A stretch of DNA of 64,000 nucleotides, taken from a virus. Each line of letters begins with the position of its first letter. The first letter of the stretch is position 1. The notes beneath the pieces are model-generated. The model searched no databases. It saw nothing but the letters and a program-made list of their open reading frames with translations, and was not told the DNA's origin. Below, one piece after another: positions 37,461 through 46,879 of this stretch. The stretch lies in the IMG/VR virus record IMGVR_UViG_3300023179_000096, positions 5,935 through 69,934 of that record; one strand, written 5' to 3'. Made by a program: the position numbers and the translations under genes.

Positions 37461-39244
37461 TGGCATATAATATTTTAGCGGTTAACCCTGGACATAATGG
37501 AGCCGCAGCATTACTATCAGATGGAGAAGTTGTTTATTATTTGGAAGAAGAGCGTCTTTCAAGGTTAAAATACGATGGTAACCCGTTCAGAGCAATTTTA
37601 GACATTGTTAGTAAATGGCATGTTGATGAGATTGTAATAGGTGGTACTTCAGGACAATTACCTCAGTTACCATGGACAGGAGAAGATCCTTACACAGCCC
37701 TAGTGCGTAAATTTTACCCCGATGTAAAATCGGTTAATCTAGGTAATGAACATCATCTCGGTCACGCAGCATGTGCGTTTTATAATTCAGGATTTGACAA
37801 AGCTATTATTTTAGTGGTTGATGGTGCGGGTTCATATCGGGTTGAACAGCTAGACGAGGAAGGGAAAGTAAAGGCAGAAGGATTTGAAACTGAGTCATTA
37901 TGGGTAGGGAGTATAGAAACTCCCCATATATTTGATCTACTTTATAAAGTGTATGGAAATAACACTGGTATAAAGACGAGTAATGGTAGATTAGAATTTG
38001 ATAATGCTGTTACGGTTACAAAAGCATATGAGGCTGTAAGCCACTATTTAGGTTTTGGTTTTATAGAAGCAGGTAAAACAATGGGATTGGCTCCTTATGG
38101 AAAAGAATCTTCTGAAATTCCACCTATGTTTGTAAGTAATAGAGGCTCAAAAGATATTTTTGTTCCTAGTTATCCTGCAGGCGCATTTATAGATACTGCA
38201 CGATTCCCACATCTACAACAAAAAAATGATCCTAGAGAGTGGCATACGGACCCTAGTTCTCTTTCTGAAATAGAAAAAGATATTGCATGGCGGGTACAAC
38301 AAGATACTCAACGTATTGTAGGTGACTACATTGATCTAGCAGTTAGATCCACAGGAATAAAAAAAGTCGCTATTGCTGGAGGTTATGGTTTAAATTGCGT
38401 AGCTAATTATTATTTCCGAAAACGTTTTCCGGATGTAGAATTTTATTGTGAACCTATCGCACACGATGGGGGTACAACAATAGGTTTGGCAAAAATGGCA
38501 TGGTATCAAAATGAAGGAAGTAAAACCCTACCTACATCACCTCAAACTTCTATTTATTATGGGCCTACTTACTCCAAAGAGTCAGTTCAATCTGTTTTAG
38601 ATAGTAATAAAGATAAAATAAAAATAAAAACAGTAACAACAGAAGATATAGCGAAATTAATCGAAGAAAAGAATATTGTAGCTCTTTACCAGGGAAGATC
38701 TGAAGCAGGGCCTCGAGCTCTTGGTAATAGATCTATACTTTATGACCCACGGGATATTAATGGTAAAGAGATAGTTAATAAAGTGAAAGGCAGAGAATGG
38801 TTCAGACCTTTTGCGGGTACTATTCTTAAAGAACATGCAAACGATTGGTTTGATATGGCAGGCATGGAAGAATCCCCATTCATGATGTATGCTGTTAATG
38901 TGGCTGCAGATAAAATTTCAGAGATACCGTGTATTACACATGTAGATGATACCTGCAGGGTTCAAACAGTTACGATAGAGCAGAATTTTCATTATTATAA
39001 TTTAATACAAGAATTTTATAAACTTACAGGTGTGCCAGTCTTGTTTAATACTTCTTTTAATCTTGCGGGTGAGCCGTTAGTTGAAAAAATAGAAGATGCT
39101 CTTGATGCATTGTATAATTCTGAGCTTAAATATCTCTATTTACCAGAATTAGAAGTATTAGTAACTAAAACAATAGAGGATCCAGTAAAAAATAAAAAAG
39201 TAAATAGTATCGATGAACTTTCTGATATTATTATAACTGATTAA
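37460..39244 (+). CDS. Carbamoyltransferase (NodU/CmcH/TobZ family)
   Basis: EEERLSRLK, HHLGHA, VVDGAG, GKTMGLAPYG, GPRALGNRS, REWFRPFA, FNTSFN. Confidence 0.95.
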   Translation: MAYNILAVNPGHNGAAALLSDGEVVYYLEEERLSRLKYDGNPFRAILDIVSKWHVDEIVIGGTSGQLPQLPWTGEDPYTALVRKFYPDVKSVNLGNEHHLGHAACAFYNSGFDKAIILVVDGAGSYRVEQLDEEGKVKAEGFETESLWVGSIETPHIFDLLYKVYGNNTGIKTSNGRLEFDNAVTVTKAYEAVSHYLGFGFIEAGKTMGLAPYGKESSEIPPMFVSNRGSKDIFVPSYPAGAFIDTARFPHLQQKNDPREWHTDPSSLSEIEKDIAWRVQQDTQRIVGDYIDLAVRSTGIKKVAIAGGYGLNCVANYYFRKRFPDVEFYCEPIAHDGGTTIGLAKMAWYQNEGSKTLPTSPQTSIYYGPTYSKESVQSVLDSNKDKIKIKTVTTEDIAKLIEEKNIVALYQGRSEAGPRALGNRSILYDPRDINGKEIVNKVKGREWFRPFAGTILKEHANDWFDMAGMEESPFMMYAVNVAADKISEIPCITHVDDTCRVQTVTIEQNFHYYNLIQEFYKLTGVPVLFNTSFNLAGEPLVEKIEDALDALYNSELKYLYLPELEVLVTKTIEDPVKNKKVNSIDELSDIIITD

Positions 39245-39266
39245 TAGATCAAATTTTAAACTTGCC

Positions 39267-39306
39267 AGGGGAAATGATTTTTATAAAAGATCTTTCCCCT
39301 TTTTTC
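39267..39306 (+). terminator. Intrinsic terminator between convergent genes
   Basis: AGGGGAAA...TTTCCCCT followed by TTTTT. Confidence 0.6.
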
Positions 39307-39397
39307 GATTTTTCTGAACTAGATACAGCTTTTAATACTTTTTTTAATGGGAATGTGGGTACTTTAAATAATCCGTTAGACTCTATTTGCTATAATA

Positions 39398-40042
39398 TTA
39401 GCTGAGAGTTGCAACAAACTTTTGTAAGTTATCGAACATATTTACTTTGTTTTTTAATTCTTTATTTGCAAAAGTGTCGAGTTTTTTAAGCACTGTATCT
39501 TGTTTTTCAGAGTTTATTAAAATAGGTCTAGCGCCTACTGAGTAGCCTGCTTTTATTCCGTTGTAATTATTTGTAACGAAATACCCCCCTTTATAGTTTT
39601 GATTAAATTCTTTTTCGGCTCTTTTTAGCATTCCAGCGTTAGGAAATGCAAATAAATCCTCTTTAAAATGGGTGGTAGAATATAAAATACCTTCAATTGA
39701 AAGTATGCCAGCTTGACCAAATATTTGCATTAGATGCTGAATCCGAGCATCTACATCGTTTTGAGTAAGTCTACCTTTAGAAATAAGCGGTTCGTTAAAG
39801 TATAAGAAAACTTTATAACCGTTTAGTCTCATATTTCGTACAGCTTCTAGCGAACCTGTAATAATACTAATATCAGTAGGATTCAATATTTCTTTATCAT
39901 CCCATACAACCCCTGGTAACTCGATACCGATAGATTCCTTTGAAAAGACTTGCGGCCAATTGGTTAAAAAGTTAGGTGTACCAGGTTGTGAATTAGTTTG
40001 TTGAGGGTTGTTCAAGCTTTTTTCAATAGAAAAACGTCCCAT
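39398..40042 (-). CDS. GmhB/HisB-like HAD-fold protein with degenerate active site
   Basis: GSLEAVRNMRLNGYKV, FPNAGML, IKAGYSVGARPILI; HAD catalytic Asp and Lys residues absent. Confidence 0.65.
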   Translation of the reverse strand: MGRFSIEKSLNNPQQTNSQPGTPNFLTNWPQVFSKESIGIELPGVVWDDKEILNPTDISIITGSLEAVRNMRLNGYKVFLYFNEPLISKGRLTQNDVDARIQHLMQIFGQAGILSIEGILYSTTHFKEDLFAFPNAGMLKRAEKEFNQNYKGGYFVTNNYNGIKAGYSVGARPILINSEKQDTVLKKLDTFANKELKNKVNMFDNLQKFVATLS

Positions 40043-40166
40043 AAAATCTCCATAGTTTAGTTTAGAACATTATAATTGCAAAGTTAATACATTGCTACTA
40101 AATATATAGGTAATCAAAAAATTTACAAAAAAGTTAATCTACATCTCATTTCTATTTTTCGTTTCT

Positions 40167-40174
40167 TATAAATA
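40167..40174 (+). promoter_or_regulatory. T4 late promoter
   Basis: Consensus TATAAATA. Confidence 0.75.
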
Positions 40175-40195
40175 AAGGGTAAATTAAGGACTACT

Positions 40196-40531
40196 ATGGC
40201 AGCTTATTCTAATCTATTCATTGATCAGGGCGCTACTTTTACTTTATCATTTACTGTTTATGATGATGATGGGTTGCCAAGAAATCTTACCAACTTCACA
40301 GTCAGATCACAGATGAGGCGGTCGTATTATTCTTCCGCTAACACAACAATTACAGCCACAGTTTCAAATCCTGCAGAGGGGGAAGTAATGTTAGATCTTT
40401 CCGCTACACAGACAACTGTTCTTAAACCTGGGAGGTATGTTTATGATGTTGAGCTGGTCAGTACAAATTCTTTAGTTGTTGAAAGACTTGTTGAAGGCAT
40501 TATTACAGTATATCCAGAGGTGACTAGATAA
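40196..40531 (+). CDS. Small virion structural/adaptor protein
   Basis: IDQGATF, QMRRSY, GRYVYDVE, RLVEGIITVYPEVT. Confidence 0.75.
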   Translation: MAAYSNLFIDQGATFTLSFTVYDDDGLPRNLTNFTVRSQMRRSYYSSANTTITATVSNPAEGEVMLDLSATQTTVLKPGRYVYDVELVSTNSLVVERLVEGIITVYPEVTR

Positions 40532-40758
40532 TGGTAACACGTAGAGCAAATTCAGTAAATATAAATATAAAGAAGTCTTCTGGGGGTACTCTTCAGTCGT
40601 TATCTAATGTGATATCCACGGATCTTCAAAACGGTGACACACTAGTATATGACTCTAACACTAATAAATGGATATCACAGCCTGTTGCAGAAATTGTAGC
40701 AGGTGCGCTCGGAAACACCGTGCCTATTCCATCTCTTTTGGATGGCGGGGCATATTAG
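40531..40758 (+). CDS. Small fibre-associated protein
   Basis: NGDTLVYDSNTNKW; ends LDGGAY. Confidence 0.7.
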   Translation: MVTRRANSVNINIKKSSGGTLQSLSNVISTDLQNGDTLVYDSNTNKWISQPVAEIVAGALGNTVPIPSLLDGGAY

Positions 40759-40784
40759 TACAATGACTTAAAAAAAGGACTAAA

Positions 40785-42203
40785 ATGGCAACAATTTTTC
40801 AAATTAAACGTTCAGCGAACGTAGCTTCCCCAACAACAAGCGACCTAGCTGAAGGCGAATTAGCATACTCGTTTGATAAATCGAACGACGGTGCAGGTGC
40901 TAAGCTTTATATTGAAGCGAAAGATAATTCTAACACCCCCGTTATTCATGCAATCGGTGGTAAATATTATACAGACGCTATTGACACTGCTACGGCTTCA
41001 AATACTGGTGGTAAAATTGTTAAGCGTGACAATAACGGTAACTTTTCTGCTAACGTAGTTACTGCTACAACATTATATGGTAATATTTATGGTACAGTTG
41101 TCGGGGAAGCTGCATCGGCTGCAGTTGCTAGCACTGCTAATGCTCTTACCACTGGTAGAGTTATTAATTTAGCAGGTGATTTACAAGGTAACGTCACATT
41201 TGACGGTAGCTCGGATGTTACCATTTACGCAAACGTTATTTCTGATTCTGTCGTTCTTGGTACCGATACTACAGGCGATTACGTTGCTAACCTTTCTGCT
41301 GGTACAGGTATTACTATTTCTGGTTATGCCGGGGAAACATCAACCCTTACAGTTGGTCTAGATTCTACTGGGGTATCAGCTGGTACGTATGGTACCGCTT
41401 CTTCGGTTGCTCAAGTTGTAGTTGACGCTCAAGGTCGAATCACATCTGCTTCAAACGTTTCTATTTCAATCCCTTCTTCAGCTCTTAATACTGATGTTGC
41501 CCTAGGTTCACAAACTTCAGGTGACTATGTTGCTAACATTACCGCTGGTACGGGTATTGGAGTTACTAACGGTACTGGTGAAACATCGCAACCTACCATT
41601 ACCAACCTTGGTGTTACATCTCTTTCAGGTACAGCAAACGAAATTACTGTTTCAGCTGCTAACGCTGCTGTAACTATCGGGTTACCTGCTGACGTTACCA
41701 TTCAGAACAACCTGACCGTTTCTGGAGACTTAATTGTTACTGGTAATACTACCACGGTAAATACCGCTACCATTACTCTCGAAGATCCTCTAGTTAAGTT
41801 TGGTAATGCTAATCCTACTGATGTTCTAGACCTTGGTTTCTACGGTGAGTATTCAAGCAGCGGCACAAAATACGCCGGTTTGTTTAGAGATGCTTCTGAT
41901 TCAGGCAAATTTAAACTTTTCGTTGATTTAACAACTGACCCTACAACTAATGTCGTTAATAGCGCTAATTATACTGTAGCTACTTTAGTTGCCAACCTAA
42001 CCGGTGGAACAGTTACCAATCTAACATCAGCAATTGCTGTAGCTGATGGTGGTACTGGAGCTAATACATTAACACTAAACGGTGTTGTTTATGGACAAGG
42101 TACAAGTGCTGTTGCTACTGCAACCGGTACATCTGGTCAAGTTCTTCAGATAAATGGTTCAGGTGTTCCTGTATTTGCTGATCTTGACGGTGGTTCTTAT
42201 TAA
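40785..42203 (+). CDS. Tail fibre-like protein
   Basis: IFQIKRS...LAEGELAY; LGTDTTGDYVA repeat; VDAQGRITSA; ends LDGGSY. Confidence 0.8.
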   Translation: MATIFQIKRSANVASPTTSDLAEGELAYSFDKSNDGAGAKLYIEAKDNSNTPVIHAIGGKYYTDAIDTATASNTGGKIVKRDNNGNFSANVVTATTLYGNIYGTVVGEAASAAVASTANALTTGRVINLAGDLQGNVTFDGSSDVTIYANVISDSVVLGTDTTGDYVANLSAGTGITISGYAGETSTLTVGLDSTGVSAGTYGTASSVAQVVVDAQGRITSASNVSISIPSSALNTDVALGSQTSGDYVANITAGTGIGVTNGTGETSQPTITNLGVTSLSGTANEITVSAANAAVTIGLPADVTIQNNLTVSGDLIVTGNTTTVNTATITLEDPLVKFGNANPTDVLDLGFYGEYSSSGTKYAGLFRDASDSGKFKLFVDLTTDPTTNVVNSANYTVATLVANLTGGTVTNLTSAIAVADGGTGANTLTLNGVVYGQGTSAVATATGTSGQVLQINGSGVPVFADLDGGSY

Positions 42204-42227
42204 TATTGTTTAATATTGGAGTTTTAA

Positions 42228-42416
42228 GTGGAAATTGATCAAATTAAATTTATGAACTTGGTTATGGAAAAAACCAATAAAAAACTAAACGAGCTTCAGG
42301 CACAAGTAATTGTGCTTGAAGCTCAACTCCAGCTAGCAGTTGATATAAATAAACAACTTCAGGAGCAAGCTGAAAAGATTAAAAAGAAAGAACCAAAATC
42401 AGAATTTACAAACTAA
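42228..42416 (+). CDS. Small coiled-coil protein
   Basis: GGAG RBS with GTG start; heptads. Confidence 0.7.
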   Translation: MEIDQIKFMNLVMEKTNKKLNELQAQVIVLEAQLQLAVDINKQLQEQAEKIKKKEPKSEFTN

Positions 42417-42458
42417 GTATATACTTAGTAACAGCTACATAGCAAGGGTTTGAGCCAC

Positions 42459-43151
42459 ATGGCAAATATTGTTCAATTAAAAAGATCTTCTGTATCAGGA
42501 AGAATACCTGATGCATCTAATGTTTCTATCGGTGAACCGGTTATTAATTTAGCCGATAGAATCATCTTTACCAAGAGTGGTACAGGTAATGTTATCATTA
42601 TAGGTGCAGGAACTACATCTAATATTTCCGAAGGTACAAATCTTTATTTTACAAATACCCGCGCTATATCAGCTTTTACCAGCGGTTCTGGTATAGATAT
42701 TAGCTCTAACGGCTTAATTTCAGCAGAAATAACTTCATCATATTTTCAATCCATTGGTGGAAATGTTGTACCGTCTATTGATAGTGCATATAATTTAGGT
42801 TCACCAACTCATCGCTGGAAAACTCTTTATCTGGCAAATAATACCATCGATCTAGGTGGTGCTCTTATCAGCTCGGATGGTACCGGGGCTATACAAATCT
42901 CCGCAAACGGAGCAGTTCTCCCTCCCAATTCAAGAGTTGATATTGGAAATTTTCAAAAAGAAATTGCTACTATAAGTGGAAAAGGTGCTACTCAAAGAAT
43001 AGTACCTTTTTATACTCGTGATACTGGATTAAATTCAGTAGCTAAACTTTTTGAATTTTCTGTCAATAACGACTTTTATGTATTTAAATCATTTACTCTT
43101 GCAAACGGTTCTTCTGTTGCAGAAACTAATACAACCCTATTTAAATTCTGA
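42459..43151 (+). CDS. Tail fibre-like protein
   Basis: MANIVQLKRSS, ISEGTNLYFTNTRA, YNLGSPTHRWKTLYL; ATG 42459 preferred over TTG 42450. Confidence 0.75.
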   Translation: MANIVQLKRSSVSGRIPDASNVSIGEPVINLADRIIFTKSGTGNVIIIGAGTTSNISEGTNLYFTNTRAISAFTSGSGIDISSNGLISAEITSSYFQSIGGNVVPSIDSAYNLGSPTHRWKTLYLANNTIDLGGALISSDGTGAIQISANGAVLPPNSRVDIGNFQKEIATISGKGATQRIVPFYTRDTGLNSVAKLFEFSVNNDFYVFKSFTLANGSSVAETNTTLFKF

Positions 43152-43160
43152 GTGTAAAAA

Positions 43161-45869
43161 ATGACCGTAAAAATCCCAATTAGAACAGTTTATGATGCTC
43201 AAAACGACCCTACAGGTCTTGCTGAGTTTCAAGTCGGTGAAGTTATAGGTATTGAGACCGGAGGAACGGGTGCTAATACCATAGCTGGTGCTAAAACTAC
43301 TCTAGGCGTTGATAACAGTAATATTCGAAATTTATTTAGCGTCACCGGGAGCGGATCATATAATAGCACCACCGGGGTTATTACTATAAATGGAGGCGTG
43401 TCTTCTGTTGGAGGTGTATCCGGAGAAGTATCTAATGCACAACTTTCAGCTGCTATTTCTACTTCTGGAATTTTAAATACTTCAAATGTAGCGGAAGGAA
43501 CAAATCTTTATTACACTAATGCAAGGGCAAGACAAGCTATATCAGTATCTGGTGCGGGTACTTATGATTCTTCCACCGGTGTAATAACCGTTACTGGAGG
43601 AGTAACGTCTGTTGGGGGTGCTACAGGCGCGGTTTCCAACGTTCAACTAGCTTCTGGAATAAGTCAAACTGGTGTTTTGACTACTGCTAACGTTTCAGAA
43701 GTTTCCAATCTATACTTTACTGATACAAGAGCTAGAAACGCGTTAAGCCAGGGTACTGGTATTTCATACAACCCTAGTTCTGGTTCTATATCCGCTAATG
43801 TAACTTCAGTTGCTGGAAAAACTGGAGCGGTTACCCTAACTAATGCAGATATTTCGGGATTAACCACTGCTAACGTATCAGAATTAAATAATCTTTATTA
43901 TACAAATACAAGAGCTAATTCAGCTATCGACGGAAAAGTAACTAAAGCTTTTGTTGAAAATTTAAGTATTAATATTGCTAACTCTAGTATTACTGGTAAT
44001 ATAATTGCATCACAATTGCAACCTACCGGGGTTTCTGCTTCAACATATGGTGGGTCAGGGAATGTTGGTGTATTTGTTGTTGACCAACAAGGTCGTTTAA
44101 CTTCTGCTTCTAACGCTGCTATTGGAGGCTCACTAACAGGTATTACTGGTGTTGGTACTATAGCAACCGGTACCTGGCAGGGCTCGTCTATCTCAACTGC
44201 GTATACCGATGCAAAGGTAACTTCTGTAAACGGAGATACCGGTGCTGTTTCTGGGTTAGCAACTACTGCTGCTAATTTAAGACAATTTGCTTCTACCACA
44301 TCAGCAGATCTAGCCGCAGTAATTTCTGATGAAACTGGCTCCGGGGCATTAGTATTTGCTAATACCCCTACGCTAACCACTCCTAATATAGGGGCTGCTA
44401 CTGGTACCTCTCTGGTTCTTTCAGCTAATGTGGTTGCAAAAGATGTAGTCGTACAGGGTAATCTAGTTGTTACCGGTACTCAAACAATTATTAATACTGA
44501 AACTATTGAATTAGCAGATAACAAAATTGTATTAAATTCTGATTTAACTGGAATACCTACACAAGATGCAGGTTTAGTTGTAAACCGAGGCTCATCTGCT
44601 AATGTAGAGCTATTCTGGGACGAAACAAACGATCGGTGGTCGATTAATACTGGCGCCGCTACTCACATTTTACATAATACCGGAAGAGATGTTGTTTTAG
44701 GTACTGAAACTTCTGGCGCGTATATAGGTAACATTACTGCAGGTACAGGTATAACAACCACAGGAACACCCGAAGAAGGGTGGTCTGTTGCTGTTGCATT
44801 AGCCACATCTGGTGTATCTGCATCTACTTACGGAGGTGCCGCTGTACAACCTGTAATTACTGTCGATACCTACGGTAGAATTACATCGGCATCTAATGTT
44901 ACTAGTACGGTTGCTAATTCCCAAATAACCGGTAACATTATTGCATCACAAATCCAACCTACCGGTGTTACAGCAAGTACTTATGGTGGTGCGGCTTCGG
45001 TACCGGTATACACCGTTGATGCGCAAGGTAGATTAACCAGTGCAGCAAACGTTAGTATTGCAATTGCTTCTGGAGCGGTCTCTGGATTAGCAACATCTGC
45101 GACTACTGATACTACAAATGCAACTAATATTAGTTCTGGTACTTTAAATGCAGCCAGACTAGATACATCTGGTGTAACTGCCTCAACATACGGTGCAGCA
45201 GCAGTTCAAACAGTTATTACTGTTGACACCTATGGTAGAATTACTTCTGCTGCTAACGTTACATCTACTGTTGCTAATAGCAATATTACTGGTAATATTA
45301 TTGCAAGTCAAATTCAGCCTACAGGTGTTACATCTGGCACTTATGGTAATGCAACTATTATTCCTATTATTACTATTGACCAGCAAGGTAGAATAACTTC
45401 TGCTGCTAATGCTTCCGTTTCAAGCGGTACAACTATAACTGATGATACTTCTACTAACACTACACATTACGTTCCATTTACAACAGCTACCAGCGGTTCG
45501 ATTTCTTCCGCGAAAGTTTCAAGTTCTAAACTAACTTTTAACCCATCTTCTGGACTTTTAACTTCAACAGATTATAACTCATCATCTGATAAGAGACTTA
45601 AGAAAGAAATTAAAACTTATAAGGATGCATTAAGTAAAGTAACTCAGTTAAGAGGTGTAAGTTTTAAATGGAAGGAGTCGGATCAGACGGGATTTGGTTT
45701 ACTAGCTCAAGAAGTTTTAAAGGTGATTCCCGAAATTGTTGTTAAGGATGAATCTGGTTACCTTGGTATTAAATACATGAACTTGATCGGGATTTTAGTT
45801 GAAGCTATTAAAGAACAACAAGACCAAATTGATACTCTTAAAGATCAAATTAATAAATTAAATGGCTAA
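43161..45869 (+). CDS. Repeat-rich tail fibre with C-terminal S74-type chaperone
   Basis: NLY(Y/F)T.(A/T)RA and GV.ASTYG...VD..GR.TSA.N repeats; SDKRLKKEI...GLLAQEV. Confidence 0.85.
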   Translation: MTVKIPIRTVYDAQNDPTGLAEFQVGEVIGIETGGTGANTIAGAKTTLGVDNSNIRNLFSVTGSGSYNSTTGVITINGGVSSVGGVSGEVSNAQLSAAISTSGILNTSNVAEGTNLYYTNARARQAISVSGAGTYDSSTGVITVTGGVTSVGGATGAVSNVQLASGISQTGVLTTANVSEVSNLYFTDTRARNALSQGTGISYNPSSGSISANVTSVAGKTGAVTLTNADISGLTTANVSELNNLYYTNTRANSAIDGKVTKAFVENLSINIANSSITGNIIASQLQPTGVSASTYGGSGNVGVFVVDQQGRLTSASNAAIGGSLTGITGVGTIATGTWQGSSISTAYTDAKVTSVNGDTGAVSGLATTAANLRQFASTTSADLAAVISDETGSGALVFANTPTLTTPNIGAATGTSLVLSANVVAKDVVVQGNLVVTGTQTIINTETIELADNKIVLNSDLTGIPTQDAGLVVNRGSSANVELFWDETNDRWSINTGAATHILHNTGRDVVLGTETSGAYIGNITAGTGITTTGTPEEGWSVAVALATSGVSASTYGGAAVQPVITVDTYGRITSASNVTSTVANSQITGNIIASQIQPTGVTASTYGGAASVPVYTVDAQGRLTSAANVSIAIASGAVSGLATSATTDTTNATNISSGTLNAARLDTSGVTASTYGAAAVQTVITVDTYGRITSAANVTSTVANSNITGNIIASQIQPTGVTSGTYGNATIIPIITIDQQGRITSAANASVSSGTTITDDTSTNTTHYVPFTTATSGSISSAKVSSSKLTFNPSSGLLTSTDYNSSSDKRLKKEIKTYKDALSKVTQLRGVSFKWKESDQTGFGLLAQEVLKVIPEIVVKDESGYLGIKYMNLIGILVEAIKEQQDQIDTLKDQINKLNG
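44020..45420 (+). repeat. Degenerate coding repeats in the fibre gene
   Basis: Five GV(S/T)(A/S)(S/G)TYG...(V/I)D..GR(L/I)TSA(S/A)N units; ITGNIIASQ(L/I)QPT occurs three times; bounds approximate. Confidence 0.8.
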
Positions 45870-46809
45870 ACCTTCCTCAAGACAAGAACTTATTGATTAT
45901 TGCCTTAGAAAACTAGGACATCCAGTTCTTGAAATTAATATTGATGACGATCAATTAGAAGATCGAATCGATGAGGCGTTCGAGTACTATAGAAACTTTC
46001 ACTTTGACGCGGTTGAAAAAGTATATTTAACAGAAAAAATTACTTCTTCAACAATTTTAATAAGTGGGGTAAATGCCTCATCTTTTAGTGATGGTACTCA
46101 AATAACCGGAGCAACATCCGGGGCCAAAGCTATAGTTAATGGTAACTTATCTACCAACAAAATTTCTGTATTTAAGGTTTCAGGGACATTTACTTCCGGT
46201 GAGACAATTACGAATGGTAATGCTTCTGCCACTCTTACAACTATTACCCTAGGTAATTATGATAACAAATATCTTACTTTAAACGACGCGGTAATTAGTG
46301 TATCAAGAGTACTCCCCTTTACATCTCGTACACGTGGTATAGATTTATTCGATGTTCGTTATCAAATTTTACTTAATGATTTATATTCAATACAATCTAC
46401 TGATATAATTTATTATTCTCAAGTAAAAACTCAATTACAATTAATAAATGATTTATTAGTAGGTATTAAACCAGTTAGATTTAATAGACATCAAAATCGA
46501 TTGTATATTGATATGAGTTGGGAAGATGATGTAGCTATCGGTGAATATATTATTGTAGAGGCTATGAGAGTTTTAGACCCTAATACTTTTACAGATATAT
46601 ATGATGATGACTGGTTAAAAAAGTATGCTACAGCATTAATCAAGCAGCAATGGGGTACGAATCTTAAAAAATTCGAAGGCGTACAACTTCCGGGCGGAGT
46701 TACCTTAAACGGGCAAATCATATATAACGAAGCAACGGAAGAAATTAATACTCTTAAACAAGAAGTACAGAATACCTATCAAGAACCTATCGATTTCTTC
46801 ACTGGATAG
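45862..46809 (+). CDS. 13: Neck protein gp13
   Basis: YCLRKLGHPVLEIN, QWGTNLKKFEG.QLPGGVTLNG. Confidence 0.93.
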   Translation: MAKPSSRQELIDYCLRKLGHPVLEINIDDDQLEDRIDEAFEYYRNFHFDAVEKVYLTEKITSSTILISGVNASSFSDGTQITGATSGAKAIVNGNLSTNKISVFKVSGTFTSGETITNGNASATLTTITLGNYDNKYLTLNDAVISVSRVLPFTSRTRGIDLFDVRYQILLNDLYSIQSTDIIYYSQVKTQLQLINDLLVGIKPVRFNRHQNRLYIDMSWEDDVAIGEYIIVEAMRVLDPNTFTDIYDDDWLKKYATALIKQQWGTNLKKFEGVQLPGGVTLNGQIIYNEATEEINTLKQEVQNTYQEPIDFFTG

Positions 46810-46833
46810 ATTTTCTCAACCGCCCACATATGC

Positions 46834-46862
46834 ATTTTACTATCAAAGCAATAGCTAATCAA
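46834..46862 (-). promoter_or_regulatory. Sigma70-like promoter antisense to gp13
   Basis: TTGATT-17 nt-TAAAAT on the minus strand in the gp13/gp14 gap. Confidence 0.5.
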
Positions 46863-46879
46863 TAAGCAGTTTACCAATT

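Noticed and set aside
39274-39405. 43-codon plus-strand ORF between the carbamoyltransferase and the GmhB-like gene
   Set aside because: Poor RBS spacing, starts inside the terminator-like hairpin, and has no recognisable motif
43161-45869. CRISPR-like or non-coding repeat array
   Set aside because: The repeats are degenerate, in frame and protein-coding, with no constant repeat and unique spacer pattern
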